From assembly GCA_964019425.1 (NCBI GenBank), contig OZ025803.1, positions 682,001-746,000 of the forward strand: a stretch of DNA of 64,000 nucleotides. The letters are read 5' to 3'. Both the position numbers and the translations under genes were made by a program. The stretch comes from Flectonema sp. DT1601. Taxonomy: Eukaryota. Positions 28,822-40,905 of the stretch are shown here, one piece after another. Below the pieces are notes generated by a model. The model was not told the origin of the DNA. It saw nothing but the letters and a program-made list of their open reading frames with translations, and made no database searches. Position 1 is the stretch's first letter; every line of letters starts with the position of its first letter.

Positions 28822-31800
28822 TTTTTTAACTGAGATTAAATATGACAACAATGGATTCTACATAATACGTGATGAATTAATAACTTAGCTCCTCAAGTAG
28901 GTGAGTCATTCCCCACAAATATTGAATAACTGATTTATTTATTTTTTAGACCATTGGTAAATTGATAGACATGAATATTTAAGCACCATTGACACCTAAT
29001 TTCATGGTGAGTCTGAAAATAGCTACAGTTTGGCAAGAACTTTTGTGCCTAAGCTATTTAGGTTTCTTCGCGCTCATATTTGTGGAATACGTAGTTTCAG
29101 TTCTTAATATTTTATACCACTCGTACTCCTTAGGCCTTCATCAGTGAGTTTGTGTATGTGTCTTAGTAAATCTACTTAAAGGAAATAAGATAAAGTTTCT
29201 AACGTTTATCACAAGGTTCTCTGTTGAACAGAACAAGCAGTTGTGTCTACAGTTTAGTTGGAAGGAAAAAAAGAAGCAGTTCCGGTGTTGCAAAAACATG
29301 ATATCTGTTATTCAATATCATAGTGACGAGCTACATTAACCTGATTGAGAATATAATAATAACAATGTTGTTACGTAACCAGTAAGAGATTACTTTAGAG
29401 AGGGAAGCACCCTTACGTAATGCCTTTCCTAAAATAAATCGATTCCGAAGGAAGTTTTTCTACTTAAGGAAACCAAAACACCAATAAGAGAGGAAGGGAA
29501 TAGATAGCTGTGATATTGACTGGGTTTAAAGAATAATAAAGAAAAAGTCGATGGAAATCGACAGTAAGCATGATAGGGACGTGAAAACTTTTGCAAATTC
29601 GCTACTAGACATACAACAAAAATAGGCTTTCTTTTCCCGAGCGGTGCTATGTTTCTTCAATACCGGGAACTGGAGATAATGTTTTTGTAAAAGAATTTTG
29701 CCATTGTGGGTCAATCTTCCAACCGCCCTCCCCTTCCCTTCCTCACCAAAGACCGACCCGAGCTGCATTCTCGTCCTTAAATACCGTGAATAGCGGAAGT
29801 GACATTTTTCAGACCACAATATCAAAAAATTCTTTCATTTTTTTAATAATAAAAGAAAATCCATACTTGGAATTTTCAGAGAACTTAGCGCAGTTTTTTT
29901 AATAGCCCACAGAACGAAATTTAGTGTAGCATTTTCCGCAAAATAATAAATTCCAAAGTACAGCAAGTAAGTAAACAAATAAAAAAATATGCAAAAGTCG
30001 TTTGAAAAAAAGAAAAAAAAAGTTTTTATGATTAAGCTACACCATCTAGCTTAGAAGTTCCAAGTCTCGGGCTTCTGAGGTACGATTGACAAAAGCACCT
30101 CTGTCCTAATGAAAATACAACGTCGAGTATAAAATAAGACAGGAGAAGAGAAATAGAACAAGCTCCAAACTGATGTATGTTGTGTAGAAGAAAAGGGAGT
30201 TAAATCGTCTCCGGGGGTTAGAATAATAAGAGTAACAAAACCATTCACCGTGCCAAACAAGTTGCGGTGTGCACGTTCCACTGGCTGGGTCACAGACTCC
30301 GTCGTGGCAGTCATTCAATGCTGGGCAACTAACGCCAGCACACAGGTTCAACACACAGGTTCAACACAGGCACCTTTTGTGCACAATAACGAAAGTTAAT
30401 CGGACTCTCTCAAGAAGTTTTAATGGAGGAAATGAATACCGATGATCCATCTTGTTTTCACTTCAATTTGAAATGTAAAAAAAAAGAAAACTGATGGTGG
30501 CAATCCACAATAAGAATAACACCACAAGTATTCGAAAAAGAAGGAAGGGAGAGGGGAAAAAAAAGACTTAAAATACACAAGAACATATTGTCCATCATAA
30601 GTTGACTGCGTGTAAAATTTAAAAAAGAATTGCTATTTTTATAATGAAATACTAAAACAGCTTAAGCAGCTTTGACTTCTCATCTACAAAGTTAGCATCC
30701 CTGATGAGCGCTTGGACTATGAAATCACTGATTTTTGGTATCTTCAGATCGGCAGCCGATACCGGATTTTGAGCGATGAGAGAATCAACGCACTCCAATA
30801 CGAGATCACGAGATGCCGCTAAATTGTACATCCACTCTCCGCCAAGGTCTTCCTTACAACTGACAATCTCGTAGATAAGGGTTGGCTTCACAGAAGTATT
30901 CTCAAACAGAATCCTAGTAACGATATTCATGTGAAAGTTTCCCTCTTCTACTCTGAACTTTCCGTCAGCAAGAATGCTCGTATCAAACATTTTATTCAGA
31001 CGCATGAGGGCAAATGATTCAGAAATGCAGTCACCAATAATGGCAAATTTCTTCATTCCGATAACACCCATGTTGCCAACACGGCATTCAGAAGATGAGC
31101 AACCCGCTTGTATCACAAGGTTCTTGTTATCAACTAAATGAACAGCCGCTTTTAATGCGTTCTGTCTATGAATAGAACAGTTCATTACAGCATTCCAAGA
31201 GATACAGATCCTATCACCAGTGAATGACTCAGGAATACCTTTAAAGCGCTTCACAGTTGTCAACGTGTGATTTAAGTACTCTGTGTGAGTGCTTATCAAG
31301 ATTTGTTCATCTAACTTCCTAAAGCCAGACAGATTGATAGTTACTATGGAGACAGCTTTATTTCTTAATTGACCCACTTGAAGGTGAGCAAGTCTTCCTT
31401 TATTGTTTACCGATGAAAGCATAGAATTATTCGTCTTGCTTTTTTCACTCTTTCCTGCCGAAGAGGATTCTTTTGTACCAATTCCATCCGAGTCCCCGCT
31501 TTTTTCTTCTTCCGACGAGTCGACCAATAGAGAAGATGGCATGTAGTTACGATATTCTTCAAGTGTTTTAATAATCTTCAAGAAAGCTTTTTGAATCTTA
31601 TTCGGATTCTGAAGCGCCGACAGGTACGATACCTCCTCTAGCCTCATCCATGCTATCGCTTCAGCACACTCTTCTGCAATCTTGTTGTTGTTGTACAACG
31701 CCGCCATCTTCCTACGCTGCTTCGTACTGAACCAAAACCCAACCAATCCTGCTATTACAATCACCACACCGATGATCCCAAATATCCAAAACGGAAACTT

Positions 31801-34800
31801 CTTCTTCAACTTACAACCTCGAACATTATAAGACATCGCTTGGTTCATAGTACTCCCGCTGACTATCGCAAAGGAATCCATGTACTGCGTCTGAAGGTTC
31901 GTACACAACGCTTCATCCGCCCTGTAGGTAGCTTCAGGGAATGTGATGATTGAATACTTGCTCAGCGTTTTCCCACCCGATACCAACTTTCCGAACTTCG
32001 GAGCGCTGGTCACTTGCCAAGGACCGGTGCCCTTGAAGGCGATTCTGTTCGATGCTCCTTCCTTGCCCTCCAACGTCGCTGTGTTCTCAGCTGCTGCAGC
32101 TGTAACATCGATGTGTGTGAAGTAGGACTCAGTTCGACGGAAACGGTTGCCCGGGCAGTCAGTCAACTTAAATTCGAAAGTGTCAACTCCCGTAAAACCG
32201 TTCTCAGGAACATAAACGACACTACTATTGGGAGGAATATATCCCGTGTTGGGATCTATCGATCCGACAATGAGGAAAGCATCGATCTCATTCCAACCAG
32301 GAGTGTTGCAGGCGTCCAACTCGACGATCAGCTCGTCAGCGAAGTACCACGTGCTGCACATTCCCGGAGGCTTCTGAATCAAGTACTCATCAGGTATCAC
32401 TGGTACAGTGTGATCTCCCGCATACAATCGCTTCCAAGTATTAGTTGTGTTGTCTTTCGTCCGCAGTCCCACAACACTGCCAACTCCAACGTTTTCAAAT
32501 GTATAAATATGTTTGATGTAAATCGGAACATCCCATTTGACGTGAATAAATTCCGTCCAAAATAGATCCCCATTCCCTTTATCAACACAATTTGAAGCTT
32601 CAAATGGTGCCCATGCCAGGCCACTGTCTCCGAACCTCTTGTCCTTCATAGGTGGTCCCAGGGCTTGAGTGGCCGCCCATTTATTGTCAGGACCTATGTA
32701 CTGAGTTGAGTAATTCAGTAAAGTCGTCGCATGCTGCTCCAACTCATCCACACCAGCCGCTGTTTTCGTCAGCTTTCGGATCTTGTTCCCAACTTTATCC
32801 GTCAGCCACAAGTCCCCATGTTTTGGTGTTGACATTAATTCGATAATAGGATCATCACCATCGAAGTCCAGTACTTTGTAATTTAATAATACTTCAGTGT
32901 CTTGAGTTGTTGTGAAGTTTACTTTACCATCTTCCAACTCAGGCAGATCGTTAGAAGCTGGAACCTGAATGTAAACAGTCGCTTGCGGGAGTTGTTTTAT
33001 CGCATCCATGTCGTTGAAACGCGCCTTGTCCACCACTGCATAGTCAAAATCCGTGTATCGAATGCTGTATTCATTGGGAAGTGGCTCAAACAGTAGCGAA
33101 GTCCAACCACCAGCTCCATCAGCCGTAACTACGAACGAGTAGGGTTCAGTGATTTCACCCGCAACGACGTCGGGGAATAACCAAGCTGATTTGGTGTTAC
33201 TTTGTTGATAATAGAGTTTTCCCCGGGAAGGAAGTCGGGTGATTACGATAACTGTTTCCACAGCATCAGGGTTGTCGTACTGCTCTTCCAAAACTACATC
33301 ACCATCAATAACCTTCGAGTCTTCAGGAATAACTACTATCAAGTCACGTGGAACTAACGGAGGACTGTATTTCAGAGTAATCGTTTGAACCTCTACTCCA
33401 ACTCGAAATGTCATCGTCTGGCGAGCTCCAACCGTCGCACTCATCCAGACGGGTCCCACGTAAATCACATTTGTTGTCACTGTCTGTCCCACAACTACCA
33501 ACGTGTTCGTTCCCTCGACGAACAATTCACCCGCCGACAAACTGGTAATTATGTAGCCGCCAGTATCTGTTAGATCACGGATATCAATCAACGTCTTCAC
33601 ATTTGGAGCTACGTGAATTGTTAATCCAATACCACGACAGCGAGCCCCAGAGTATCCCCATATTGTCTTAAGTTCACCCTTGAATGATTCGTGGTCGTAA
33701 GCCATCATAAGTTTAGGATCAACTGTTACCGATCCGAAATAGAAAGCCCAAGAAGGCCGTCCTGTCACAAGCTCACGTGATGAGTAACCAGTCCCTTCAT
33801 CGAAATTCCAAGCAGACAAGAGATCCGCCTCGCGACCTGTGACAGCATGGGACATGTGATACTTGATTTCGTCAACAGTCAGAGCCTTATTCCAAATTCT
33901 CAAGTTGTCGTTCATCCCAGGACTCATCTGTGGGGGTACGAATCCACTTAAGAATGCATCCTGATCACCCCCAAGGACCATAGACCATGGTACGTAGCGA
34001 GACATTGTTTTCGAAAATTCTGTTGTGGGAGGTGTTCCCTGATACTTACCATTGACGTAGATGTTGACCTTAGGTTCGGGTATTGTGAAGTCCGCCACTG
34101 CAGCGTAGTGAATCCACCGACGTTCTTTATTGAACTCATCAACACCCTCGTAAAGGATGAACTCTTCAGTGTGCCAATTGAGCAAACTTGCTCTCCCAAA
34201 GATGAAGAGATTGTCATCACCTTCAACCGCCACTGAAAGAACACATCCCTGATAGTCTGCTTGAGATCTTTCAAACCAAGCCCAAAATTCGATGGTGTAT
34301 TTGTCTGATCGGGCCTCAGCAATACCTGTCCACGGATACGAATAAGCGAAACTGCTGCCCAGTGCATTACCAGGCAGGTATATTGATCCTCCAGCACCAA
34401 ACTGTCCAACAATTACTTCTGCGAACAACAACAGCAGCAGTATTTGGGTTTTCATTTTTTTAACTGAGATTAAATATGACAACAATGGATTCTACATAAT
34501 ACGTGATGAATTAATAACTTAGCTCCTCAAGTAGGTGAGTCATTCCCCACAAATATTGAATAACTGATTTATTTATTTTTTAGACCATTGGTAAATTGAT
34601 AGACATGAATATTTAAGCACCATTGACACCTAATTTCATGGTGAGTCTGAAAATAGCTACAGTTTGGCAAGAACTTTTGTGCCTAAGCTATTTAGGTTTC
34701 TTCGCGCTCATATTTGTGGAATACGTAGTTTCAGTTCTTAATATTTTATACCACTCGTACTCCTTAGGCCTTCATCAGTGAGTTTGTGTATGTGTCTTAG

Positions 34801-37800
34801 TAAATCTACTTAAAGGAAATAAGATAAAGTTTCTAACGTTTATCACAAGGTTCTCTGTTGAACAGAACAAGCAGTTGTGTCTACAGTTTAGTTGGAAGGA
34901 AAAAAAGAAGCAGTTCCGGTGTTGCAAAAACATGATATCTGTTATTCAATATCATAGTGACGAGCTACATTAACCTGATTGAGAATATAATAATAACAAT
35001 GTTGTTACGTAACCAGTAAGAGATTACTTTAGAGAGGGAAGCACCCTTACGTAATGCCTTTCCTAAAATAAATCGATTCCGAAGGAAGTTTTTCTACTTA
35101 AGGAAACCAAAACACCAATAAGAGAGGAAGGGAATAGATAGCTGTGATATTGACTGGGTTTAAAGAATAATAAAGAAAAAGTCGATGGAAATCGACAGTA
35201 AGCATGATAGGGACGTGAAAACTTTTGCAAATTCGCTACTAGACATACAACAAAAATAGGCTTTCTTTTCCCGAGCGGTGCTATGTTTCTTCAATACCGG
35301 GAACTGGAGATAATGTTTTTGTAAAAGAATTTTGCCATTGTGGGTCAATCTTCCAACCGCCCTCCCCTTCCCTTCCTCACCAAAGACCGACCCGAGCTGC
35401 ATTCTCGTCCTTAAATACCGTGAATAGCGGAAGTGACATTTTTCAGACCACAATATCAAAAAATTCTTTCATTTTTTTAATAATAAAAGAAAATCCATAC
35501 TTGGAATTTTCAGAGAACTTAGCGCAGTTTTTTTAATAGCCCACAGAACGAAATTTAGTGTAGCATTTTCCGCAAAATAATAAATTCCAAAGTACAGCAA
35601 GTAAGTAAACAAATAAAAAAATATGCAAAAGTCGTTTGAAAAAAAGAAAAAAAAAGTTTTTATGATTAAGCTACACCATCTAGCTTAGAAGTTCCAAGTC
35701 TCGGGCTTCTGAGGTACGATTGACAAAAGCACCTCTGTCCTAATGAAAATACAACGTCGAGTATAAAATAAGACAGGAGAAGAGAAATAGAACAAGCTCC
35801 AAACTGATGTATGTTGTGTAGAAGAAAAGGGAGTTAAATCGTCTCCGGGGGTTAGAATAATAAGAGTAACAAAACCATTCACCGTGCCAAACAAGTTGCG
35901 GTGTGCACGTTCCACTGGCTGGGTCACAGACTCCGTCGTGGCAGTCATTCAATGCTGGGCAACTAACGCCAGCACACAGGTTCAACACACAGGTTCAACA
36001 CAGGCACCTTTTGTGCACAATAACGAAAGTTAATCGGACTCTCTCAAGAAGTTTTAATGGAGGAAATGAATACCGATGATCCATCTTGTTTTCACTTCAA
36101 TTTGAAATGTAAAAAAAAAGAAAACTGATGGTGGCAATCCACAATAAGAATAACACCACAAGTATTCGAAAAAGAAGGAAGGGAGAGGGGAAAAAAAAGA
36201 CTTAAAATACACAAGAACATATTGTCCATCATAAGTTGACTGCGTGTAAAATTTAAAAAAGAATTGCTATTTTTATAATGAAATACTAAAACAGCTTAAG
36301 CAGCTTTGACTTCTCATCTACAAAGTTAGCATCCCTGATGAGCGCTTGGACTATGAAATCACTGATTTTTGGTATCTTCAGATCGGCAGCCGATACCGGA
36401 TTTTGAGCGATGAGAGAATCAACGCACTCCAATACGAGATCACGAGATGCCGCTAAATTGTACATCCACTCTCCGCCAAGGTCTTCCTTACAACTGACAA
36501 TCTCGTAGATAAGGGTTGGCTTCACAGAAGTATTCTCAAACAGAATCCTAGTAACGATATTCATGTGAAAGTTTCCCTCTTCTACTCTGAACTTTCCGTC
36601 AGCAAGAATGCTCGTATCAAACATTTTATTCAGACGCATGAGGGCAAATGATTCAGAAATGCAGTCACCAATAATGGCAAATTTCTTCATTCCGATAACA
36701 CCCATGTTGCCAACACGGCATTCAGAAGATGAGCAACCCGCTTGTATCACAAGGTTCTTGTTATCAACTAAATGAACAGCCGCTTTTAATGCGTTCTGTC
36801 TATGAATAGAACAGTTCATTACAGCATTCCAAGAGATACAGATCCTATCACCAGTGAATGACTCAGGAATACCTTTAAAGCGCTTCACAGTTGTCAACGT
36901 GTGATTTAAGTACTCTGTGTGAGTGCTTATCAAGATTTGTTCATCTAACTTCCTAAAGCCAGACAGATTGATAGTTACTATGGAGACAGCTTTATTTCTT
37001 AATTGACCCACTTGAAGGTGAGCAAGTCTTCCTTTATTGTTTACCGATGAAAGCATAGAATTATTCGTCTTGCTTTTTTCACTCTTTCCTGCCGAAGAGG
37101 ATTCTTTTGTACCAATTCCATCCGAGTCCCCGCTTTTTTCTTCTTCCGACGAGTCGACCAATAGAGAAGATGGCATGTAGTTACGATATTCTTCAAGTGT
37201 TTTAATAATCTTCAAGAAAGCTTTTTGAATCTTATTCGGATTCTGAAGCGCCGACAGGTACGATACCTCCTCTAGCCTCATCCATGCTATCGCTTCAGCA
37301 CACTCTTCTGCAATCTTGTTGTTGTTGTACAACGCCGCCATCTTCCTACGCTGCTTCGTACTGAACCAAAACCCAACCAATCCTGCTATTACAATCACCA
37401 CACCGATGATCCCAAATATCCAAAACGGAAACTTCTTCTTCAACTTACAACCTCGAACATTATAAGACATCGCTTGGTTCATAGTACTCCCGCTGACTAT
37501 CGCAAAGGAATCCATGTACTGCGTCTGAAGGTTCGTACACAACGCTTCATCCGCCCTGTAGGTAGCTTCAGGGAATGTGATGATTGAATACTTGCTCAGC
37601 GTTTTCCCACCCGATACCAACTTTCCGAACTTCGGAGCGCTGGTCACTTGCCAAGGACCGGTGCCCTTGAAGGCGATTCTGTTCGATGCTCCTTCCTTGC
37701 CCTCCAACGTCGCTGTGTTCTCAGCTGCTGCAGCTGTAACATCGATGTGTGTGAAGTAGGACTCAGTTCGACGGAAACGGTTGCCCGGGCAGTCAGTCAA

Positions 37801-38690
37801 CTTAAATTCGAAAGTGTCAACTCCCGTAAAACCGTTCTCAGGAACATAAACGACACTACTATTGGGAGGAATATATCCCGTGTTGGGATCTATCGATCCG
37901 ACAATGAGGAAAGCATCGATCTCATTCCAACCAGGAGTGTTGCAGGCGTCCAACTCGACGATCAGCTCGTCAGCGAAGTACCACGTGCTGCACATTCCCG
38001 GAGGCTTCTGAATCAAGTACTCATCAGGTATCACTGGTACAGTGTGATCTCCCGCATACAATCGCTTCCAAGTATTAGTTGTGTTGTCTTTCGTCCGCAG
38101 TCCCACAACACTGCCAACTCCAACGTTTTCAAATGTATAAATATGTTTGATGTAAATCGGAACATCCCATTTGACGTGAATAAATTCCGTCCAAAATAGA
38201 TCCCCATTCCCTTTATCAACACAATTTGAAGCTTCAAATGGTGCCCATGCCAGGCCACTGTCTCCGAACCTCTTGTCCTTCATAGGTGGTCCCAGGGCTT
38301 GAGTGGCCGCCCATTTATTGTCAGGACCTATGTACTGAGTTGAGTAATTCAGTAAAGTCGTCGCATGCTGCTCCAACTCATCCACACCAGCCGCTGTTTT
38401 CGTCAGCTTTCGGATCTTGTTCCCAACTTTATCCGTCAGCCACAAGTCCCCATGTTTTGGTGTTGACATTAATTCGATAATAGGATCATCACCATCGAAG
38501 TCCAGTACTTTGTAATTTAATAATACTTCAGTGTCTTGAGTTGTTGTGAAGTTTACTTTACCATCTTCCAACTCAGGCAGATCGTTAGAAGCTGGAACCT
38601 GAATGTAAACAGTCGCTTGCGGGAGTTGTTTTATCGCATCCATGTCGTTGAAACGCGCCTTGTCCACCACTGCATAGTCAAAATCCGTGT
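27100..38690. repeat. Near-identical tandem segmental duplication with a 5634-bp period
   Basis: Identical ORFs recur 5634 bp apart (29526/35160, 30051/35685, 31943/37577, 28314/33948). Confidence 0.92.
30652..34455 (-). CDS. Receptor-type pseudo-cyclase, copy 2 (chimera of copies 1 and 3)
   Basis: Same architecture. The N-terminal half matches copy 1 and the C-terminal half matches copy 3. Confidence 0.85.
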   Translation of the reverse strand: MKTQILLLLLFAEVIVGQFGAGGSIYLPGNALGSSFAYSYPWTGIAEARSDKYTIEFWAWFERSQADYQGCVLSVAVEGDDNLFIFGRASLLNWHTEEFILYEGVDEFNKERRWIHYAAVADFTIPEPKVNIYVNGKYQGTPPTTEFSKTMSRYVPWSMVLGGDQDAFLSGFVPPQMSPGMNDNLRIWNKALTVDEIKYHMSHAVTGREADLLSAWNFDEGTGYSSRELVTGRPSWAFYFGSVTVDPKLMMAYDHESFKGELKTIWGYSGARCRGIGLTIHVAPNVKTLIDIRDLTDTGGYIITSLSAGELFVEGTNTLVVVGQTVTTNVIYVGPVWMSATVGARQTMTFRVGVEVQTITLKYSPPLVPRDLIVVIPEDSKVIDGDVVLEEQYDNPDAVETVIVITRLPSRGKLYYQQSNTKSAWLFPDVVAGEITEPYSFVVTADGAGGWTSLLFEPLPNEYSIRYTDFDYAVVDKARFNDMDAIKQLPQATVYIQVPASNDLPELEDGKVNFTTTQDTEVLLNYKVLDFDGDDPIIELMSTPKHGDLWLTDKVGNKIRKLTKTAAGVDELEQHATTLLNYSTQYIGPDNKWAATQALGPPMKDKRFGDSGLAWAPFEASNCVDKGNGDLFWTEFIHVKWDVPIYIKHIYTFENVGVGSVVGLRTKDNTTNTWKRLYAGDHTVPVIPDEYLIQKPPGMCSTWYFADELIVELDACNTPGWNEIDAFLIVGSIDPNTGYIPPNSSVVYVPENGFTGVDTFEFKLTDCPGNRFRRTESYFTHIDVTAAAAENTATLEGKEGASNRIAFKGTGPWQVTSAPKFGKLVSGGKTLSKYSIITFPEATYRADEALCTNLQTQYMDSFAIVSGSTMNQAMSYNVRGCKLKKKFPFWIFGIIGVVIVIAGLVGFWFSTKQRRKMAALYNNNKIAEECAEAIAWMRLEEVSYLSALQNPNKIQKAFLKIIKTLEEYRNYMPSSLLVDSSEEEKSGDSDGIGTKESSSAGKSEKSKTNNSMLSSVNNKGRLAHLQVGQLRNKAVSIVTINLSGFRKLDEQILISTHTEYLNHTLTTVKRFKGIPESFTGDRICISWNAVMNCSIHRQNALKAAVHLVDNKNLVIQAGCSSSECRVGNMGVIGMKKFAIIGDCISESFALMRLNKMFDTSILADGKFRVEEGNFHMNIVTRILFENTSVKPTLIYEIVSCKEDLGGEWMYNLAASRDLVLECVDSLIAQNPVSAADLKIPKISDFIVQALIRDANFVDEKSKLLKLF

Positions 38691-40092
38691 ATCGAGTGCT
38701 GTACTCATTGGTAAACGGCTCAAACAGTAGCGAAGTCCAACCACCAGCTCCATCAGCCGTAACTACGAACGAGTAGGGTTCAGTGATTTCACCCGCAACG
38801 ACGTCGGGGAATAACCAAGCTGCTTTGGTGTTACTTTGTTGATAATGGAGTTTTCCCCGGGAAGGAAGTCGGGTGATTACGATAACTGTTTCCACAGCAT
38901 CAGGGTTGTCGTACTGCTCTTCCAAAACTACATCACCATCAATAACCTTCGAGTCTTCAGGAATAACTACTATCAAGTCACGGGGAACTAAAGGAGGACT
39001 GTATTTCAGAGTAATCGTTTGAACCTCTACTCCAACTCGAAATGTCATCGTCTGGCGAGTTCCAACCGTCGCACTCATCCAGACGGGTCCCACGTAAATC
39101 ACATTGGTTGTCACCGTCTGTCCCACAACTACCAACGTGTTCGTTCCCTCGACGAACAATTCACCCGCCGACAAACTGGTAATTATGTAGCCGCCAGTAT
39201 CTGTTAGATCACGGATATCAATCAACGTCTTCACATTTGGAGCTACGTGGATTGTTAATCCAATACCACGACAGCGAGCCCCAGAGTATCCCCATATTGT
39301 CTTAAGTTCACCCTTGAATGATTCGTGGTCGTAAGCCATCATAAGTTTAGGATCAACTGTTACCGATCCGAAATAGAAAGCCCAAGAAGGCCGTCCTGTC
39401 ACAAGCTCACGTGATGAGTAACCAGTCCCTTCATCGAAATTCCAAGCAGACAAGAGATCCGCCTCGCGACCTGTGACAGCATGGGACATGTGATACTTGA
39501 TTTCGTCAACAGTAAGAGCCTTATTCCAAATTCTCAAGTTGTCGTTCATCCCAGGACTCATTTGTGGGGGTGTGAATCCACCCAATATTGCATCCTGATC
39601 ACCCCCAAGGACCATAGACCATGGTAAGTAGCGGGCCATCGTCTTCGAGAATTCTGTTGGGTGAGGTGTTCCCCGATACTTACCGTTGACGTACGTTTTA
39701 AGCTCAGGATAGGGTAGTTTCGTCATGTCCACTACTGCAGCGTAGTGAATCCACCGACGTTCTTTATTGAACTCGTCAAGTCCCTCGTAGAGGTGGAAAT
39801 CTTCACCGTGCCAATTGAGTATAGTTGCTCTCCCAAAGATGAGGACATTGTCATCACCTTCAATCGCCACTGAAAGAACACATCCCTGATAGTTTGCTTG
39901 AGATCTTTCAAACCAAGCCCAAAATTCGATGGTGTATTTGTCTGATCGGGCCTCAGCAATACCTGTCCACGGATACGAATAAGCGATACTGCTGCCCAGT
40001 GCATTACCAGGCAGGTATATTGATCCTCCAGCACCAAACTGTCCAACAGTCACTTCTGCGAACAACAACAACAGCAGTATTTGGGTTTTCAT
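36286..40092 (-). CDS. Receptor-type pseudo-cyclase, copy 3
   Basis: Same architecture with a distinct LamG region (NVLIFGRATILNWHGEDFHL). The ATG of MKTQILL is at 40092. Confidence 0.85.
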   Translation of the reverse strand: MKTQILLLLLFAEVTVGQFGAGGSIYLPGNALGSSIAYSYPWTGIAEARSDKYTIEFWAWFERSQANYQGCVLSVAIEGDDNVLIFGRATILNWHGEDFHLYEGLDEFNKERRWIHYAAVVDMTKLPYPELKTYVNGKYRGTPHPTEFSKTMARYLPWSMVLGGDQDAILGGFTPPQMSPGMNDNLRIWNKALTVDEIKYHMSHAVTGREADLLSAWNFDEGTGYSSRELVTGRPSWAFYFGSVTVDPKLMMAYDHESFKGELKTIWGYSGARCRGIGLTIHVAPNVKTLIDIRDLTDTGGYIITSLSAGELFVEGTNTLVVVGQTVTTNVIYVGPVWMSATVGTRQTMTFRVGVEVQTITLKYSPPLVPRDLIVVIPEDSKVIDGDVVLEEQYDNPDAVETVIVITRLPSRGKLHYQQSNTKAAWLFPDVVAGEITEPYSFVVTADGAGGWTSLLFEPFTNEYSTRYTDFDYAVVDKARFNDMDAIKQLPQATVYIQVPASNDLPELEDGKVNFTTTQDTEVLLNYKVLDFDGDDPIIELMSTPKHGDLWLTDKVGNKIRKLTKTAAGVDELEQHATTLLNYSTQYIGPDNKWAATQALGPPMKDKRFGDSGLAWAPFEASNCVDKGNGDLFWTEFIHVKWDVPIYIKHIYTFENVGVGSVVGLRTKDNTTNTWKRLYAGDHTVPVIPDEYLIQKPPGMCSTWYFADELIVELDACNTPGWNEIDAFLIVGSIDPNTGYIPPNSSVVYVPENGFTGVDTFEFKLTDCPGNRFRRTESYFTHIDVTAAAAENTATLEGKEGASNRIAFKGTGPWQVTSAPKFGKLVSGGKTLSKYSIITFPEATYRADEALCTNLQTQYMDSFAIVSGSTMNQAMSYNVRGCKLKKKFPFWIFGIIGVVIVIAGLVGFWFSTKQRRKMAALYNNNKIAEECAEAIAWMRLEEVSYLSALQNPNKIQKAFLKIIKTLEEYRNYMPSSLLVDSSEEEKSGDSDGIGTKESSSAGKSEKSKTNNSMLSSVNNKGRLAHLQVGQLRNKAVSIVTINLSGFRKLDEQILISTHTEYLNHTLTTVKRFKGIPESFTGDRICISWNAVMNCSIHRQNALKAAVHLVDNKNLVIQAGCSSSECRVGNMGVIGMKKFAIIGDCISESFALMRLNKMFDTSILADGKFRVEEGNFHMNIVTRILFENTSVKPTLIYEIVSCKEDLGGEWMYNLAASRDLVLECVDSLIAQNPVSAADLKIPKISDFIVQALIRDANFVDEKSKLLKLF

Positions 40093-40461
40093 TTTAACTG
40101 AGATGAAATATAACAACAATGGATTCTTCAAATTACGTAATGAATTAATAACTTAGCTCCTCAAGTAGGTGAGTCATTCCTGTGCTACGATGACAAATAT
40201 TGAACAACTGACTTGAGAATGAATGAATAAAAAAGATTGAAACTTTCCTCACCGCGACAGAATTGTAATCAAAATCGTAAACAACTTGAGAAAGGAATGG
40301 TAAGAACCTCAAAGCTGATCGTGTCGTTTATAATAGAAAGCAATCAGGTTAGGTGTGTAGATGCAAGACGGTAACAATCAGGCCTTCACATGTACAATAT
40401 AATAACAACGTCCTCTGTGTAATGAAGTGGATAGCGAGGAATAGTTGTCAGGTTGGGTACT

Positions 40462-40905
40462 TTATTCGAGATAAAACCTTAAGTGATATCCATCAATAGC
40501 AGAAAGACAATCGCACTCACGCAAAGCGTTAAAGGTAAGAGTGCAGCCTTCGGTAGACATTATCGTTGTCATTTCGCTCCTCCACTTATCAAGTTTCCAG
40601 TTATCAAGAATAGTTTCTTTCGTGTCGGTACCAATCTGTTCAGGGAGTACAGTTACTAATGGTGTGAAGCTTCCAGATATTGAACTATCATGAATACCTT
40701 CCATGCATTCTCGTTTTGTTTTTAAAAGGCACCAAAAGAAAGCCAATGACGCATTGCTCGGTTTTTGAAAATGATTCTCAAAGCAATCTGCTATGTCAGT
40801 TGGGTTGAATCCCTCAGTCATCTTTTTAACTTTTGATTTTATAGGCCAATCATCTTCTCCTCCACAACCACTAACAGATGTTAAACTGCCGAGCAACGAT
40901 CCCAT
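40462..40905 (-). CDS. Small hypothetical protein, possibly N-myristoylated
   Basis: ORF from the ATG at 40905 (MGSLLGSLTSVSGCG) after an A-run, co-oriented with the cluster. Confidence 0.6.
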   Translation of the reverse strand: MGSLLGSLTSVSGCGGEDDWPIKSKVKKMTEGFNPTDIADCFENHFQKPSNASLAFFWCLLKTKRECMEGIHDSSISGSFTPLVTVLPEQIGTDTKETILDNWKLDKWRSEMTTIMSTEGCTLTFNALRECDCLSAIDGYHLRFYLE

